A DNA stretch of 64,000 nt from an uncultured virus (IMG/VR IMGVR_UViG_2630968395_000002) (IMGVR_UViG_2630968395_000002), one strand, 5' to 3'; shown: positions 31,621-41,071, counted from the stretch's first letter. Numbers and translations: made by a program. The notes: generated from the sequence alone by a model not told the origin.

Positions 31621-32480
31621 GCAAAATAATATCGGTAAAAATGGCAAGGCCCAGTGAAGATGAAGTGAAATCTCTGTGGCAACTCTTTCACGCCACTGAA
31701 GCAGCAGAAGACCGCTGGCACAGAGAATCATCCGCGCAATTTTTAGAACGCTTTGACGATCAAGAAATCAGTGACGAGGAGCGCACATTTATTGCCGTTG
31801 CGTGGGATTCCCTGGTACAAGGCCACGGCGGCTTTGGACGCTTCATGGGGGCTTATGACACCCTGATATATAATTTCCAAGATCCAGATGCTGACCACGT
31901 TGCAACACATCCTAAATTTAATGCTCTTCTGACGGAATCAGAGCTATTACCAGTGGTATTTGAGGGTTATCACGAGGCTAAAAATACTATTGCAGATCTG
32001 GAAAAAAAGAATCAAATGTTGGCTATTGAAAACATGGTGTTGCAAGAAAAAGCAGCGCGGGAATTATCCGGAGCGTGGATCATGAACCGGCTAGTTGTTG
32101 GTTCAATCGCAGCAATTTCACTTATTCACGCCGGGCAATTTACCAGCGCAAAGGATTGGTTGCTGGAAAATATGGAGGGTATAGATATTGATATTCCTAC
32201 CTATCAATCAGACACACAATTAAATGAATGGGCCAAAAGTCAGCAAGAGGGGTATTTAACCCACACTCAAGCACTGGAAATTATTAAGCAACAAATACCA
32301 GAAACGGCGCGGGTAATTAATGAATATCAGGCGCAGGGAGTTGAACTGGCAGCGGATGGATTCCACAAGTCGGTATTCTCTGCAATTGAAGAGGATGGAG
32401 TGATCAAGTCTCTTTTATATATCAAAGCTGACTTAATACAGTTCGCCGCCAACCTGCGAGGTGAGCATAATGTCAGATAA
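31617..32480 (+). CDS. Ead/Ea22-like accessory protein
   Basis: Coiled coil with IPETARVINEYQAQGVE...FAANLR C-terminal motif. Confidence 0.65.
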   Translation: MSKIISVKMARPSEDEVKSLWQLFHATEAAEDRWHRESSAQFLERFDDQEISDEERTFIAVAWDSLVQGHGGFGRFMGAYDTLIYNFQDPDADHVATHPKFNALLTESELLPVVFEGYHEAKNTIADLEKKNQMLAIENMVLQEKAARELSGAWIMNRLVVGSIAAISLIHAGQFTSAKDWLLENMEGIDIDIPTYQSDTQLNEWAKSQQEGYLTHTQALEIIKQQIPETARVINEYQAQGVELAADGFHKSVFSAIEEDGVIKSLLYIKADLIQFAANLRGEHNVR

Positions 32481-32950
32481 GGAATACTGCTATCGCTATG
32501 TAGATAGTAATGACTCGAAAGGCCGACCAATCGTAATGCTGTGGCAAATGGTAATTCTACGGGAGACAGAAAAGACATTTTGGTACTGCCCTGACTACCC
32601 GAACATGAGTCTTGAGCAAATTATTAAATATCAAGGATCAAGGTAGACCGGGGAACCGTCAAGTTAAACGCAGTCTTAAAAATGCTGCCCGTTCCCGCTA
32701 TCACTACACAAAAGAAGAAGCATTAAAGGCTTTTATTTACCGCAAACAATATCAGTTAGAACGAATCCGGCTAACAAGCGAAACCGTGTCGCTTTGCCTT
32801 AAAGGGATAGGTGAGGCTGGTTTTGTTGAAATCAGTAAAGACGGTGAATTCAACAGTTTTAGCAACATTCTATCTGTTCCCGAAAAAGACTTTCGCGCGG
32901 CAGAAGAAGCTGGAGAAGTAGCCTCGACGTATCGCTGGGGAGAATATTGA
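32470..32950 (+). pseudogene. Hypothetical gene frameshifted by a 7-bp tandem duplication
   Basis: ATCAAGG x2 at 32630-32643; removing one copy joins ORFs 32470-32646 and 32612-32950. Confidence 0.75.
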
Positions 32951-33043
32951 TGAATAACATCGACGAAGAGACAGAACCATTTTTCATCTATGGAGATGAC
33001 TTAACGGACATGGTTCTGACCGTACAACAGGCCGGAGAGGGGA

Positions 33044-33547
33044 ATGCAGATGCTGAGTAAAGAGCCGGTACGAATTCGGCACAATTGGGATTCAGCAGTA
33101 GTAGCCGAATGTGATTTTTGCAGTCACACAAAAATGACTGTTCCACGCGCCGACAGTGGGCGTATTTGTGCTTCATGTTGTGATTCTGAGTTTTTATCAA
33201 GTTGGCAGGGTTACGCGAAAAGTCTGGAGACTGAGATTCTATCACTGCGTGAGCAATACAAATCACAGAGCAATGAACTTACTGCAATGACAGCAGCAGC
33301 TCAAGCGTTGCGTGATGAAATGTATAAATGTGATGCGAAATTAGAGGCCCTGGCAGCGTTACCGCCGGTTGGCGGGGTCATCAGTAAAAAGCTGATTGGC
33401 TGGAGAACGGAGGATTATACGCACGAAACAAATAACATTGAATTAGCCCGAAACTGGGCACCAAATGTTGGTGTTCTTCCGATATTTGAGGGCGATATTA
33501 ATACCAGTATTTCCACTACCACGATTGACACCACGCCGCTGTATTAA
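33044..33547 (+). CDS. Hypothetical zinc-finger/coiled-coil protein
   Basis: CDFC...ICASC then coiled coil. Confidence 0.65.
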   Translation: MQMLSKEPVRIRHNWDSAVVAECDFCSHTKMTVPRADSGRICASCCDSEFLSSWQGYAKSLETEILSLREQYKSQSNELTAMTAAAQALRDEMYKCDAKLEALAALPPVGGVISKKLIGWRTEDYTHETNNIELARNWAPNVGVLPIFEGDINTSISTTTIDTTPLY

Positions 33548-33651
33548 TATTCAATAGATGTATCACTAAAACATAGCCCCTTACCACCACAGACCAAACG
33601 ACCATAATAGGGCGCAGCATCGTTGCGTCCTTTCCTACTGAGGAAAGACCA

Positions 33652-33867
33652 ATGACCAAAATACTGACTCGCACTGAATTAGAAGAGATCACTGGTTTTG
33701 TACAACCCAAGAAACAGTGTGAATGCTTACGTGAAAGTGGCATTTTTTTCATCGAGCGTAAAGATGGTAGACCTAGCACAACATGGGCGCATGTTGAGCA
33801 CCCTATCTCTTCCCGCAATATCATTCATAGCATGCCTGAAGACCAACCTAATTATGGGGCTATTTAA
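33652..33867 (+). CDS. xis: Excisionase-like DUF4224 protein
   Basis: LTRTELEEITG...KQCECLRESGIFF...DGRP; directly upstream of int. Confidence 0.85.
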   Translation: MTKILTRTELEEITGFVQPKKQCECLRESGIFFIERKDGRPSTTWAHVEHPISSRNIIHSMPEDQPNYGAI

Positions 33868-34889
33868 TGTCACGTCCACGCAAGAACCCTGCAGATAACT
33901 GGATGCCTCCACGGGTTCGTAAAGGCAAGTCTGCATATGAATTCAGGGCAATAGACGGGAGAACAATCCGTCTATGTAATTTTGAATGCAGTCAGGCTGA
34001 TGTCTGGGTTGCTTTTGAGAAATTAATGATCAACCAAAAAGAGGATTCGACATTTACTGGTTTGATTAATGAGTTTCTATTGTCAGGTGATTTCTGCGAA
34101 CTGGCCTCCGAAACGCAAAAGGATTACCACAAATACTCATCAAAAATAATTGCAGTGTTTGGGAAAATGTCTCCCGACAATATAAGACCAGAGCATATTC
34201 GAAAGTATATGGATAAGCGTGGAGCAAAAAGCAGGGTTCAAGCAAACAGGGAAAAATCCTTCATGTCGAGGGTTTTTCGCTGGGGATATGAGCGCGGGAA
34301 AGTAAAGTTAAATCCTTGCCAGGGGGTCAAGCAATTTAAAGAAAAAGTTAGAACTCGTTATATAACCGATGAAGAATACACCGCCCTTTACGATACCGCC
34401 CCATCGGTCGTAAAAGTGGCCATGGAGTTGGCTTACTTATGCTGTACCAGGCAAGCGGATATTTTGGACATGAAGAAAGGGCAGTTACTGGAGAGCGGCA
34501 TACTTATACAACAAAGCAAAACTGGCGTTGCCCAAATTAAAGCTTGGATACCTCGGTTGCATGAGGTTATACGACTAGCAAGCACCCTCCCCTTAAACAG
34601 GGGCGTTGTGAGCATCTACTTGTTACACCAGCAATCAGGGTCACGTTTCACCCGTGATAGTTTTAATGCCCACTGGATGAAAGCAAAAAAGGCAGCAACT
34701 ATGAAGTATCCCGAACTGGAATTTAATTTTACGTTCCACGATCTAAAAGCAAAAGGCATCTCAGACCTAACTGGTTCGCTATATGACAAGCAGGCAATCT
34801 CAGGACACAAAAACGCATCACAGACAGCGCGATATGATAGAAAGATTAATGTAGTTCCGGTGGTGGGAGGTCAAGATATGGCGAAGTGA
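33867..34889 (+). CDS. int: Tyrosine integrase of the lambdoid prophage
   Basis: R(QAD), FHDLKAK, SGH, Y catalytic motifs. Confidence 0.93.
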   Translation: MSRPRKNPADNWMPPRVRKGKSAYEFRAIDGRTIRLCNFECSQADVWVAFEKLMINQKEDSTFTGLINEFLLSGDFCELASETQKDYHKYSSKIIAVFGKMSPDNIRPEHIRKYMDKRGAKSRVQANREKSFMSRVFRWGYERGKVKLNPCQGVKQFKEKVRTRYITDEEYTALYDTAPSVVKVAMELAYLCCTRQADILDMKKGQLLESGILIQQSKTGVAQIKAWIPRLHEVIRLASTLPLNRGVVSIYLLHQQSGSRFTRDSFNAHWMKAKKAATMKYPELEFNFTFHDLKAKGISDLTGSLYDKQAISGHKNASQTARYDRKINVVPVVGGQDMAK

Positions 34890-34910
34890 TATGGCGAAAC
34901 AATGGTGAAG
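34875..34910 (+). repeat. Putative integrase arm-type sites
   Basis: GATATGGCGAA x2 plus ATGGTGAAG at ~13-bp period next to att. Confidence 0.6.
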
Positions 34911-34925
34911 TGGGATTTTAATCAC

Positions 34926-34949
34926 AAAAAAACCGCCTCTCGGCGGTTA
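34926..34949 (-). terminator. Terminator downstream of the tRNA-Leu 3' end
   Basis: AACCGCC-GAGA-GGCGGTT + T5. Confidence 0.75.
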
Positions 34950-34992
34950 ACGACATACTCGTACTACTTTGTTTTACTTAGAATATTTTCCA

Positions 34993-35046
34993 TGGTGCCC
35001 GGGGCGGGACTTGAACCCGCACAGCCATAAGCCGAGGGATTTTAAA
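34993..35046 (-). tRNA. leuZ: 3' half of tRNA-Leu(UAA), att junction remnant
   Basis: TTTAAAATCCCTCGGC...GGGTTCAAGTCCCGCCCCGGGCACCA: anticodon loop, long variable arm, T arm and CCA; 5' half absent. Confidence 0.9.
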
Positions 35047-35066
35047 AACTATTAGGACAATCTGCA

Positions 35067-35079
35067 AATCAATCACTTA
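35067..35079 (+). promoter_or_regulatory. IHF site at att
   Basis: AATCAATCACTTA fits WATCAANNNNTTR. Confidence 0.6.
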
Positions 35080-35223
35080 CGTAAAATCAGTAAGTTACCA
35101 AACACGATGGAGGGTTAGTTTGGGTTGTTGCGGGGGTGGTAGTCACCTTGATTTAAAATTCTCCTCACTTCATTGCTTCATTTTCTGAATGTTGTTATTA
35201 GCAATTATTCTAGCCTTAAATAA

Positions 35224-36270
35224 TCATATTAACGGGTCAACTTCTGACGGTATAGCTCTAAGACGATTCATGACACTATCGCCATAAGCTGTCAAACTCC
35301 AATAAGTTCCTATATCTTTAACTGACCTGACTTTATCACTTTTCTTAATTAATCCTAAAGCTCTTAGTTGAACCTTTATAGTTTGAAAATCTTCCTCATC
35401 CAAATAAAAACTACTAAATGTATGACCTCTGAAATCCTTATCTTTTTCGAGTTCAACCAAACCTAATTTTCTAGTATAGATATTCAATGACTCTTTCAGT
35501 TGCCTATCATTAGACTCATGAATCATCAATGGAGAAAGTTGATAAAAAATATCATCCCATGTTACGTGTAGCTCTCCATTCCAGCTATGTGAGGTATAAC
35601 TTTTGCTAGTCGTGCTCGAAAATTTATAGTTTAGAACAAAATTATCCGTACCCTGAGCCAGTTTTTCAGTACCAACTGGGGCTTTTGTTCGTTCATCATC
35701 TAACTGAGTTTTGAGACGTTCAATCTCTTTTTTAAGCTCTAATATCTCTAAAGTCAGATCGTGACTTGGAACTAAATCAGCCCGAACCCAACCGACTCCT
35801 GGATTTCGTTTCTGTAATGAAACTAAGCTCCTACTAACCACAGACCCCAGTTCCTGAGCAGACTCCCAATATTTGCACATCTTGTTTTGAACTAACTCCC
35901 TAAATACTTGAAATTTTTCTGTACCTTCGGGAGTGTTTTCAGTGTTCATTTTCGGCAAAGAATTCGGAGTCTTATGCAAAAAAGCAATTATTGGTTTTTC
36001 TGTTTTTAATGCATACTGGTACTCCATTTCTGTATAACCCATACCCTTAGGGCTTAATGAACCATACCTTCCACCTAATATTAAAATATAATAATCACAT
36101 TCATCAATTATATCTTTTATTAAACTCCATTGGTCATCATCTGCCGCAGGAAATAGCTCCATACCGGAGGGAATACAATCAAGTTCAAGTAACGCGTGAA
36201 TAACCTCTTGCCTTTCAACTCGCAGGTCGTCATATGTCGAACTGACAAAAACTTGATATTTTTTGTTCAT
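35224..36270 (-). CDS. DUF4062 (TIR-like) domain protein, candidate defence
   Basis: YQVFVSSTYDDLRVER...CDYYILILGGRYGS...YTEMEYQYA; AT-rich; ATGA-coupled to int. Confidence 0.85.
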   Translation of the reverse strand: MNKKYQVFVSSTYDDLRVERQEVIHALLELDCIPSGMELFPAADDDQWSLIKDIIDECDYYILILGGRYGSLSPKGMGYTEMEYQYALKTEKPIIAFLHKTPNSLPKMNTENTPEGTEKFQVFRELVQNKMCKYWESAQELGSVVSRSLVSLQKRNPGVGWVRADLVPSHDLTLEILELKKEIERLKTQLDDERTKAPVGTEKLAQGTDNFVLNYKFSSTTSKSYTSHSWNGELHVTWDDIFYQLSPLMIHESNDRQLKESLNIYTRKLGLVELEKDKDFRGHTFSSFYLDEEDFQTIKVQLRALGLIKKSDKVRSVKDIGTYWSLTAYGDSVMNRLRAIPSEVDPLI

Positions 36271-37322
36271 ATATAATTTCTTCCTATCTTTTTAAAGTCT
36301 TGTATTCGGTCATATGGATTCAAACTCACTGCCGCTTCTAAATGATCCGGTGCAAAGTGGCTATAGCGCATGGTCATTTGGATAGTGGAGTGCCCGAGGA
36401 TTTGTTGTAGTACTAATATGTTGCCGCCGTTCATCATAAAATGACTGGCGAAAGTATGCCGTAGAACGTGGGTTAACTGGCCGGTAGGTAACACCAGTTT
36501 AGCCCGGTCAATGGCTTGCCCAAATGCGTCATAGGCATTGGCGAATAAGCGCCCTTTCATCTTTGGAATAAGTTTATGCAATTCCGCAGAAATAGGGACT
36601 GTTCGGTTCTTTTTACTCTTGGTGTTGATATAAGTAATTTTATTTGGCATCACCTGAGCTTGTCTTAGTTGCTCCGCTTCACTCCAGCGCGCGCCGGTAG
36701 CCAGACAGATACGAACGATTATGCCGAGATCTTTGTTGCTGGAACTGTCACACTCATGCAGCAGACGCTTAATATCGTCCTCATAAAGGAAAGTTAATTC
36801 GTTTTCACTTTCACGAAATAACCTGACGCCATCCAGCGGATTCGCATGATTCCAATGCCCTAGCCTTTTCAACTCATTAAAGACAGCTCGCAGATAAGCA
36901 TGTTCGCGGTTGACCGTTGCCTCTTTTGGCGGTTTAACGATTCCGTGTTTTGGCTTACGACTAAACTCACCGGCTAAACGCTGCTTGCGGTATTTGGCGA
37001 ACACTTCCCGGTCAAAATCAGCAACAGCAGGATCGCCCAAGTTATCACACAGGATATTAAGTTTATCTAATCTTGCTTTGCCGTCACTCAAAGAGCGCCC
37101 GTGGAGTTCATACCACTGACCGACCAATGTTTTTAACCTCTGCGCGGCAGTCTCTGCCGGTGTGTAGTCAATATCCAGATCACCACGTTGCGCTAATTGT
37201 TCACGTTCAAAGCGCATCGCCTCGCCGCGAGTAACAAAGGTTTTCCTAACCCGCTTACTGTCACGGCCATCTGAGTAAAAATCACAGACCCACTTCCCGT
37301 TGGGTAACTTCCGTACTGCCAT
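36267..37322 (-). CDS. int: P2/186-family tyrosine integrase
   Basis: TGARWSEA, HVLRHTFASHF, LGHS, RY. Confidence 0.95.
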   Translation of the reverse strand: MAVRKLPNGKWVCDFYSDGRDSKRVRKTFVTRGEAMRFEREQLAQRGDLDIDYTPAETAAQRLKTLVGQWYELHGRSLSDGKARLDKLNILCDNLGDPAVADFDREVFAKYRKQRLAGEFSRKPKHGIVKPPKEATVNREHAYLRAVFNELKRLGHWNHANPLDGVRLFRESENELTFLYEDDIKRLLHECDSSSNKDLGIIVRICLATGARWSEAEQLRQAQVMPNKITYINTKSKKNRTVPISAELHKLIPKMKGRLFANAYDAFGQAIDRAKLVLPTGQLTHVLRHTFASHFMMNGGNILVLQQILGHSTIQMTMRYSHFAPDHLEAAVSLNPYDRIQDFKKIGRNYI

Positions 37323-37357
37323 AAATAAGTCCTCAAGAATAATCCCTTGGGCCTATT

Positions 37358-37377
37358 TACTGTATATAAAAACAGTA
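37358..37377. promoter_or_regulatory. LexA (SOS) box overlapping a promoter upstream of int
   Basis: TACTGTATATAAAAACAGTA within TTGACT-17-TAAATA on minus strand. Confidence 0.8.
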
Positions 37378-37441
37378 GTCAATGTTTGATTTTACTTTCA
37401 TCAAACAAAATCGTGTAACTTGTAAATTAAATTACAAGTGA

Positions 37442-38320
37442 CTACACATCGACTCCGTATGAGGTAAATATTTCTTTCATGTTATTATATAGGTCAGTAT
37501 TATAAAATATTTCTTTGGGATACCCCATTCTCAAATGAGACTCAACTCTGTCTTGGTTCATATTTCTGTCTTTAGACAACTCTTGTTTATATACTAAAGC
37601 AAGGATGTTAGAAAAATCATGCCCATTACAAATATGGAGTTTCTCAGCATTTCTTCCTTCGTATTCACGATATTTTACTTTAATTTCCTCAATGCTTAAT
37701 GCACTTGTGAAACTTTTACTTCTACCTATAACTGAGTGAAGTAGATTATTAAAGTTGAATGAAATACTGAAATCCTCAACCTCTATAAAATCCGCATATC
37801 TCATACTTTTAAAATTAAGTAACAACCCAAAATCATAGTTGATCCACTTTAATAGTCCAATTTTATAAGCAGCATCAAAAATATTATTTTTCACATCATC
37901 ACTACTAATCTCATTGTGCTTACAAACTTCAAGTTTAGTAAATTCATGATAGAATTTATCAAATGAATTTGAGTTAACCAACATCATTTCAACATCATGA
38001 TAATCAGTGAAAATTAAACCTTTATTTTCGTATTCTTTTATTTTTCCACTGATAAAGTCAAAATCCGAATCACAAATGCCATATACATTTTCATGATTAT
38101 ATCCCCTTAACTTATATACAGCCTTTATCACTTCAGGCTTTCCACAGCACGGAGAATCAAAATGCAATTCCTTATCTGAGAATATACCTTTGAAAAAACC
38201 AACATCACTATCGCCTTCGACTATAAAGAATGCTTTATTATTATACTTTGGATGCTGAAATAACAAAATAGTTGTATCGATCCAATCCTCTGTAGATAAA
38301 GTATTTTGCAATGAGTTCAT
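37442..38320 (-). CDS. ariB: PARIS effector AriB (DUF4435/TOPRIM)
   Basis: IVEGDSD, CGKPEV, ICDSDFD, HDVEMM, NGHD; follows an ABC ATPase. Confidence 0.85.
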   Translation of the reverse strand: MNSLQNTLSTEDWIDTTILLFQHPKYNNKAFFIVEGDSDVGFFKGIFSDKELHFDSPCCGKPEVIKAVYKLRGYNHENVYGICDSDFDFISGKIKEYENKGLIFTDYHDVEMMLVNSNSFDKFYHEFTKLEVCKHNEISSDDVKNNIFDAAYKIGLLKWINYDFGLLLNFKSMRYADFIEVEDFSISFNFNNLLHSVIGRSKSFTSALSIEEIKVKYREYEGRNAEKLHICNGHDFSNILALVYKQELSKDRNMNQDRVESHLRMGYPKEIFYNTDLYNNMKEIFTSYGVDV

Positions 38321-39591
38321 TATCGTTCACCGTTGATTTCTTTAAATAAATCAATGGTTAGAGTCCATTTACCATTAATGACTTGTGGTGAATGTGTGGC
38401 GATTATTACTTTATCTATATGATTAACTTTTAATATTTTACCCAAACTATCAAGAAACTCTTTTTGCCAAGCAACATGTAATGATATTTCTGGTTCATCA
38501 ATAAGAACTATGGAGTTTTCTTTAGTGTTGAAAATTAGATCATAAAATAGCACAATTTGATTTTGTTCACCTGAAGATAAATTTTCAAGTTCTATTTCTT
38601 CACCACCATCGCTAATGAAGTAAAAACCTCTATCATGACTAATTTTTACACTTTTAAATGCCAACATTTTTTCATTTAACAATGAAACAAATAAATCAAC
38701 TTTATTATATAACTCATTGTATGGTTTTAGTTTCTCTAATGCATCTTCAATATAGAGGCTTAATACACTCATATAGGCTTTATCTAAACCACTATGACTA
38801 GGAATATGAGAGTCATTTTCTTTATCAGATTCAAGTAACCCATAACTTATAAAATTGTTTCGTGTACGCTGTAAGCCTAACAAGCGATCTTCAATTGAAT
38901 CTGGTGTTCTATATTCTTGAGAAAATTCAAAAAGGCGTCTAGGAAAGGTAGAATCTAATTTTTGAGCAATATTAGAAGATATCATTGAGGCTCTTCTTAT
39001 TTTTCTTGCTAAGGCTTTAGAAAAACTCTTTATAGTTAGTTCCGTTCTTTTCCCCATGTCGCGACTATTACTTGATGTTTCCAATCGTTGAGCTTTTATA
39101 AAAGTAGTTTCAGTGTCTTCAATGATTTTATCTAGCCATTTAAGATCGTCAATATGCTCTAATCCAAGATCATAGTTTAATTCTTCAAGATAGGTACTAT
39201 TTTTAACACTTCTTTTTATAAACCTCTTTTTTACTAAATTTCCATTTTGAGCTTCAAATGCTTCAACGAAATCACGTTCATTTATAATATCATTAATAAA
39301 TTTATAAATATTAACTTCATTTGTTGTTAAATCTATCTTTTCCACATTTAATATATTATTTACAATAGTTAATCTAATATTAAAATCAGAGAATCCAAGT
39401 TCAATGAAATCGAATTTAATTTCAAAAAAAAACTTTAGATTCTTCGTCATGAAATTGTTTATTATTTTTAACAGTATAGTTTTTCCATAACCATTAGGCC
39501 CTGTTATTATAGTTATAATATCATTTTCAAATGACAGGCGATAATCTAGACGATTAAATAATTTGCTAACAGTAAGATTATGTAACTTCAT
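38320..39591 (-). CDS. ariA: PARIS sensor AriA (ABC/AAA_15-21 ATPase)
   Basis: GPNGYGKT, LSSGEQ signature, LIDEPEISLH, ATHSP. Confidence 0.87.
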   Translation of the reverse strand: MKLHNLTVSKLFNRLDYRLSFENDIITIITGPNGYGKTILLKIINNFMTKNLKFFFEIKFDFIELGFSDFNIRLTIVNNILNVEKIDLTTNEVNIYKFINDIINERDFVEAFEAQNGNLVKKRFIKRSVKNSTYLEELNYDLGLEHIDDLKWLDKIIEDTETTFIKAQRLETSSNSRDMGKRTELTIKSFSKALARKIRRASMISSNIAQKLDSTFPRRLFEFSQEYRTPDSIEDRLLGLQRTRNNFISYGLLESDKENDSHIPSHSGLDKAYMSVLSLYIEDALEKLKPYNELYNKVDLFVSLLNEKMLAFKSVKISHDRGFYFISDGGEEIELENLSSGEQNQIVLFYDLIFNTKENSIVLIDEPEISLHVAWQKEFLDSLGKILKVNHIDKVIIATHSPQVINGKWTLTIDLFKEINGER

Positions 39592-39618
39592 TTCACTTCC
39601 TTAATAACTGTTCTAGAA

Positions 39619-40194
39619 CTAATAGCCCGTAATTTCACCGACAACTTTCGCCAGTATATTAACCTCACTAACCGGCCAATTGACATCATTGATTCGCCAT
39701 ACATCACCTGGTAAACGAGCAATATTGCTAATCGAGGTCACACCTGCTTTTTCAATCAACCAAAGGCCGTCAGCAACATTTTTAAATTGGCGTTCGACCA
39801 GAAAATAGCGTTTCTCATTAGGGAACGAAATTAATTCAGGTTCAACAATCTGAACAGGCAATAATTCTGAATCAAGCAATACAGGGGATGCATCTATCAG
39901 CAAGCCATCTTCAAGGCTTTTATGAGCAATAGATTTTGCGGTTTCATGTGCGGCAGGTTTAACCGGTTCCTGAGGTTCCCCCTCACCAGTTGCGAGCCAA
40001 TGTAATGAAACACCAGTTTCTAAAGCACAGAGCACAATCTCTTTGCCCGGAAAGTAATCACGTTTGATCCAAGTGCTGATTGTTCCCGTTCCTGCACCTA
40101 GATAAGTCGCTAATTCTCTTTGTACTTTAAAACCATAGGCTTGCATCATTCTTTCTACTGCTGCAATCCCGCCGCTAAGTTTTTTATCATCCAC
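39619..40194 (-). CDS. cI: 186-type CI repressor (start uncertain, ORF extends to 40230)
   Basis: AVERMMQAYG...TISTWIKRDYFP...ETGVSLHWLATGEG; DGLWLI. Confidence 0.88.
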   Translation of the reverse strand: MDDKKLSGGIAAVERMMQAYGFKVQRELATYLGAGTGTISTWIKRDYFPGKEIVLCALETGVSLHWLATGEGEPQEPVKPAAHETAKSIAHKSLEDGLLIDASPVLLDSELLPVQIVEPELISFPNEKRYFLVERQFKNVADGLWLIEKAGVTSISNIARLPGDVWRINDVNWPVSEVNILAKVVGEITGY

Positions 40195-40300
40195 GCTCGC
40201 AAAAACCCCTTTACATACTCGCATATGCATAGTTTAATTCGTGAATTGATGGCAAATACCCACCAATACCTATATTAACCACCATCAAACAGGATGCCCT

Positions 40301-40498
40301 ATGAATCAGAACCTTGCAATAACAGTTATGTCTCCCTATCTGTCCCTAACTGAGTTCTCAAAATTGAGCGGAATCCCTTATGAAACCTGCCGTGGCATGG
40401 TGAAAGATGGCCGTCTACCTATCCGCCAGAAAGTTCGCAAAATGGAAAAGGTTCTCGTAAATATGATCGCTCTCACTAAAGAAGCGGCAAACCAGTAA
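40301..40498 (+). CDS. apl: Apl/Cox excisionase-repressor
   Basis: PYLSLTEFSKLSGIP...GRLPI...VLVNMIAL. Confidence 0.85.
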   Translation: MNQNLAITVMSPYLSLTEFSKLSGIPYETCRGMVKDGRLPIRQKVRKMEKVLVNMIALTKEAANQ

Positions 40499-40552
40499 TG
40501 TTCGATGTTCAAATTTGCCAACTAATTGTCGGCATATGTGAGGAAGTAAGCC

Positions 40553-41062
40553 ATGTTTGATTTTTCAGTGTCCAAACATCCGCACTTTGATAACGCCTGC
40601 CGCCAGTTTGCGTTAAAGCACAACTTAGTCGAGCTGGCAGCAAACGCAGGGATTGCGGCGCAGGTTCTACGGAATAAATTGAACCCCGATCAGCCGCACC
40701 GTTTGACCGTTGACGAGCTATTACGCATTACCGACCAGACCGAAGACCCAACGTTATTAGACGGTCTGCTGTCACAAATCAATTGCATGCCATCTGTGCC
40801 AGTCAATGAAGCCTGCCCCGGCAATATCCCGACTTATGCGCTACATGCTACTGCCGCCGTGGGTTCTATTGCTGCCGCTGCGGTGCAAGGCAATCACAAA
40901 ACAGCATTCAGCAAATCTGCACTGTTGGATAGCGTCAATACTGCGATTCGTCATCTGTCATTGATTGGCCTGACGGTGCAGGCGCGCATTCAATCAACCC
41001 CCGCGCTTGCTTCAACCGTTGATGTTATTAGCGGCTTGAGTGCTGTCGCTGGTTTGAGTTGA
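40553..41062 (+). CDS. cII: 186-type CII activator
   Basis: MFDFSVSKHPHFDNACRQFA...LRNKLNPDQPHRLT. Confidence 0.9.
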   Translation: MFDFSVSKHPHFDNACRQFALKHNLVELAANAGIAAQVLRNKLNPDQPHRLTVDELLRITDQTEDPTLLDGLLSQINCMPSVPVNEACPGNIPTYALHATAAVGSIAAAAVQGNHKTAFSKSALLDSVNTAIRHLSLIGLTVQARIQSTPALASTVDVISGLSAVAGLS

Positions 41063-41071
41063 GGTGTCTTT

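Noticed and set aside
11301..33654. Dispersed GAGGACTGACCAAT repeats as a CRISPR array or integron attC sites
   Set aside because: Irregular kb-scale spacing, both strands, tied to start codons; no cas or integron integrase gene
34993..35046. Functional tRNA-Leu gene
   Set aside because: The D arm and the 5' strands of the acceptor and anticodon stems are missing; it is an att remnant
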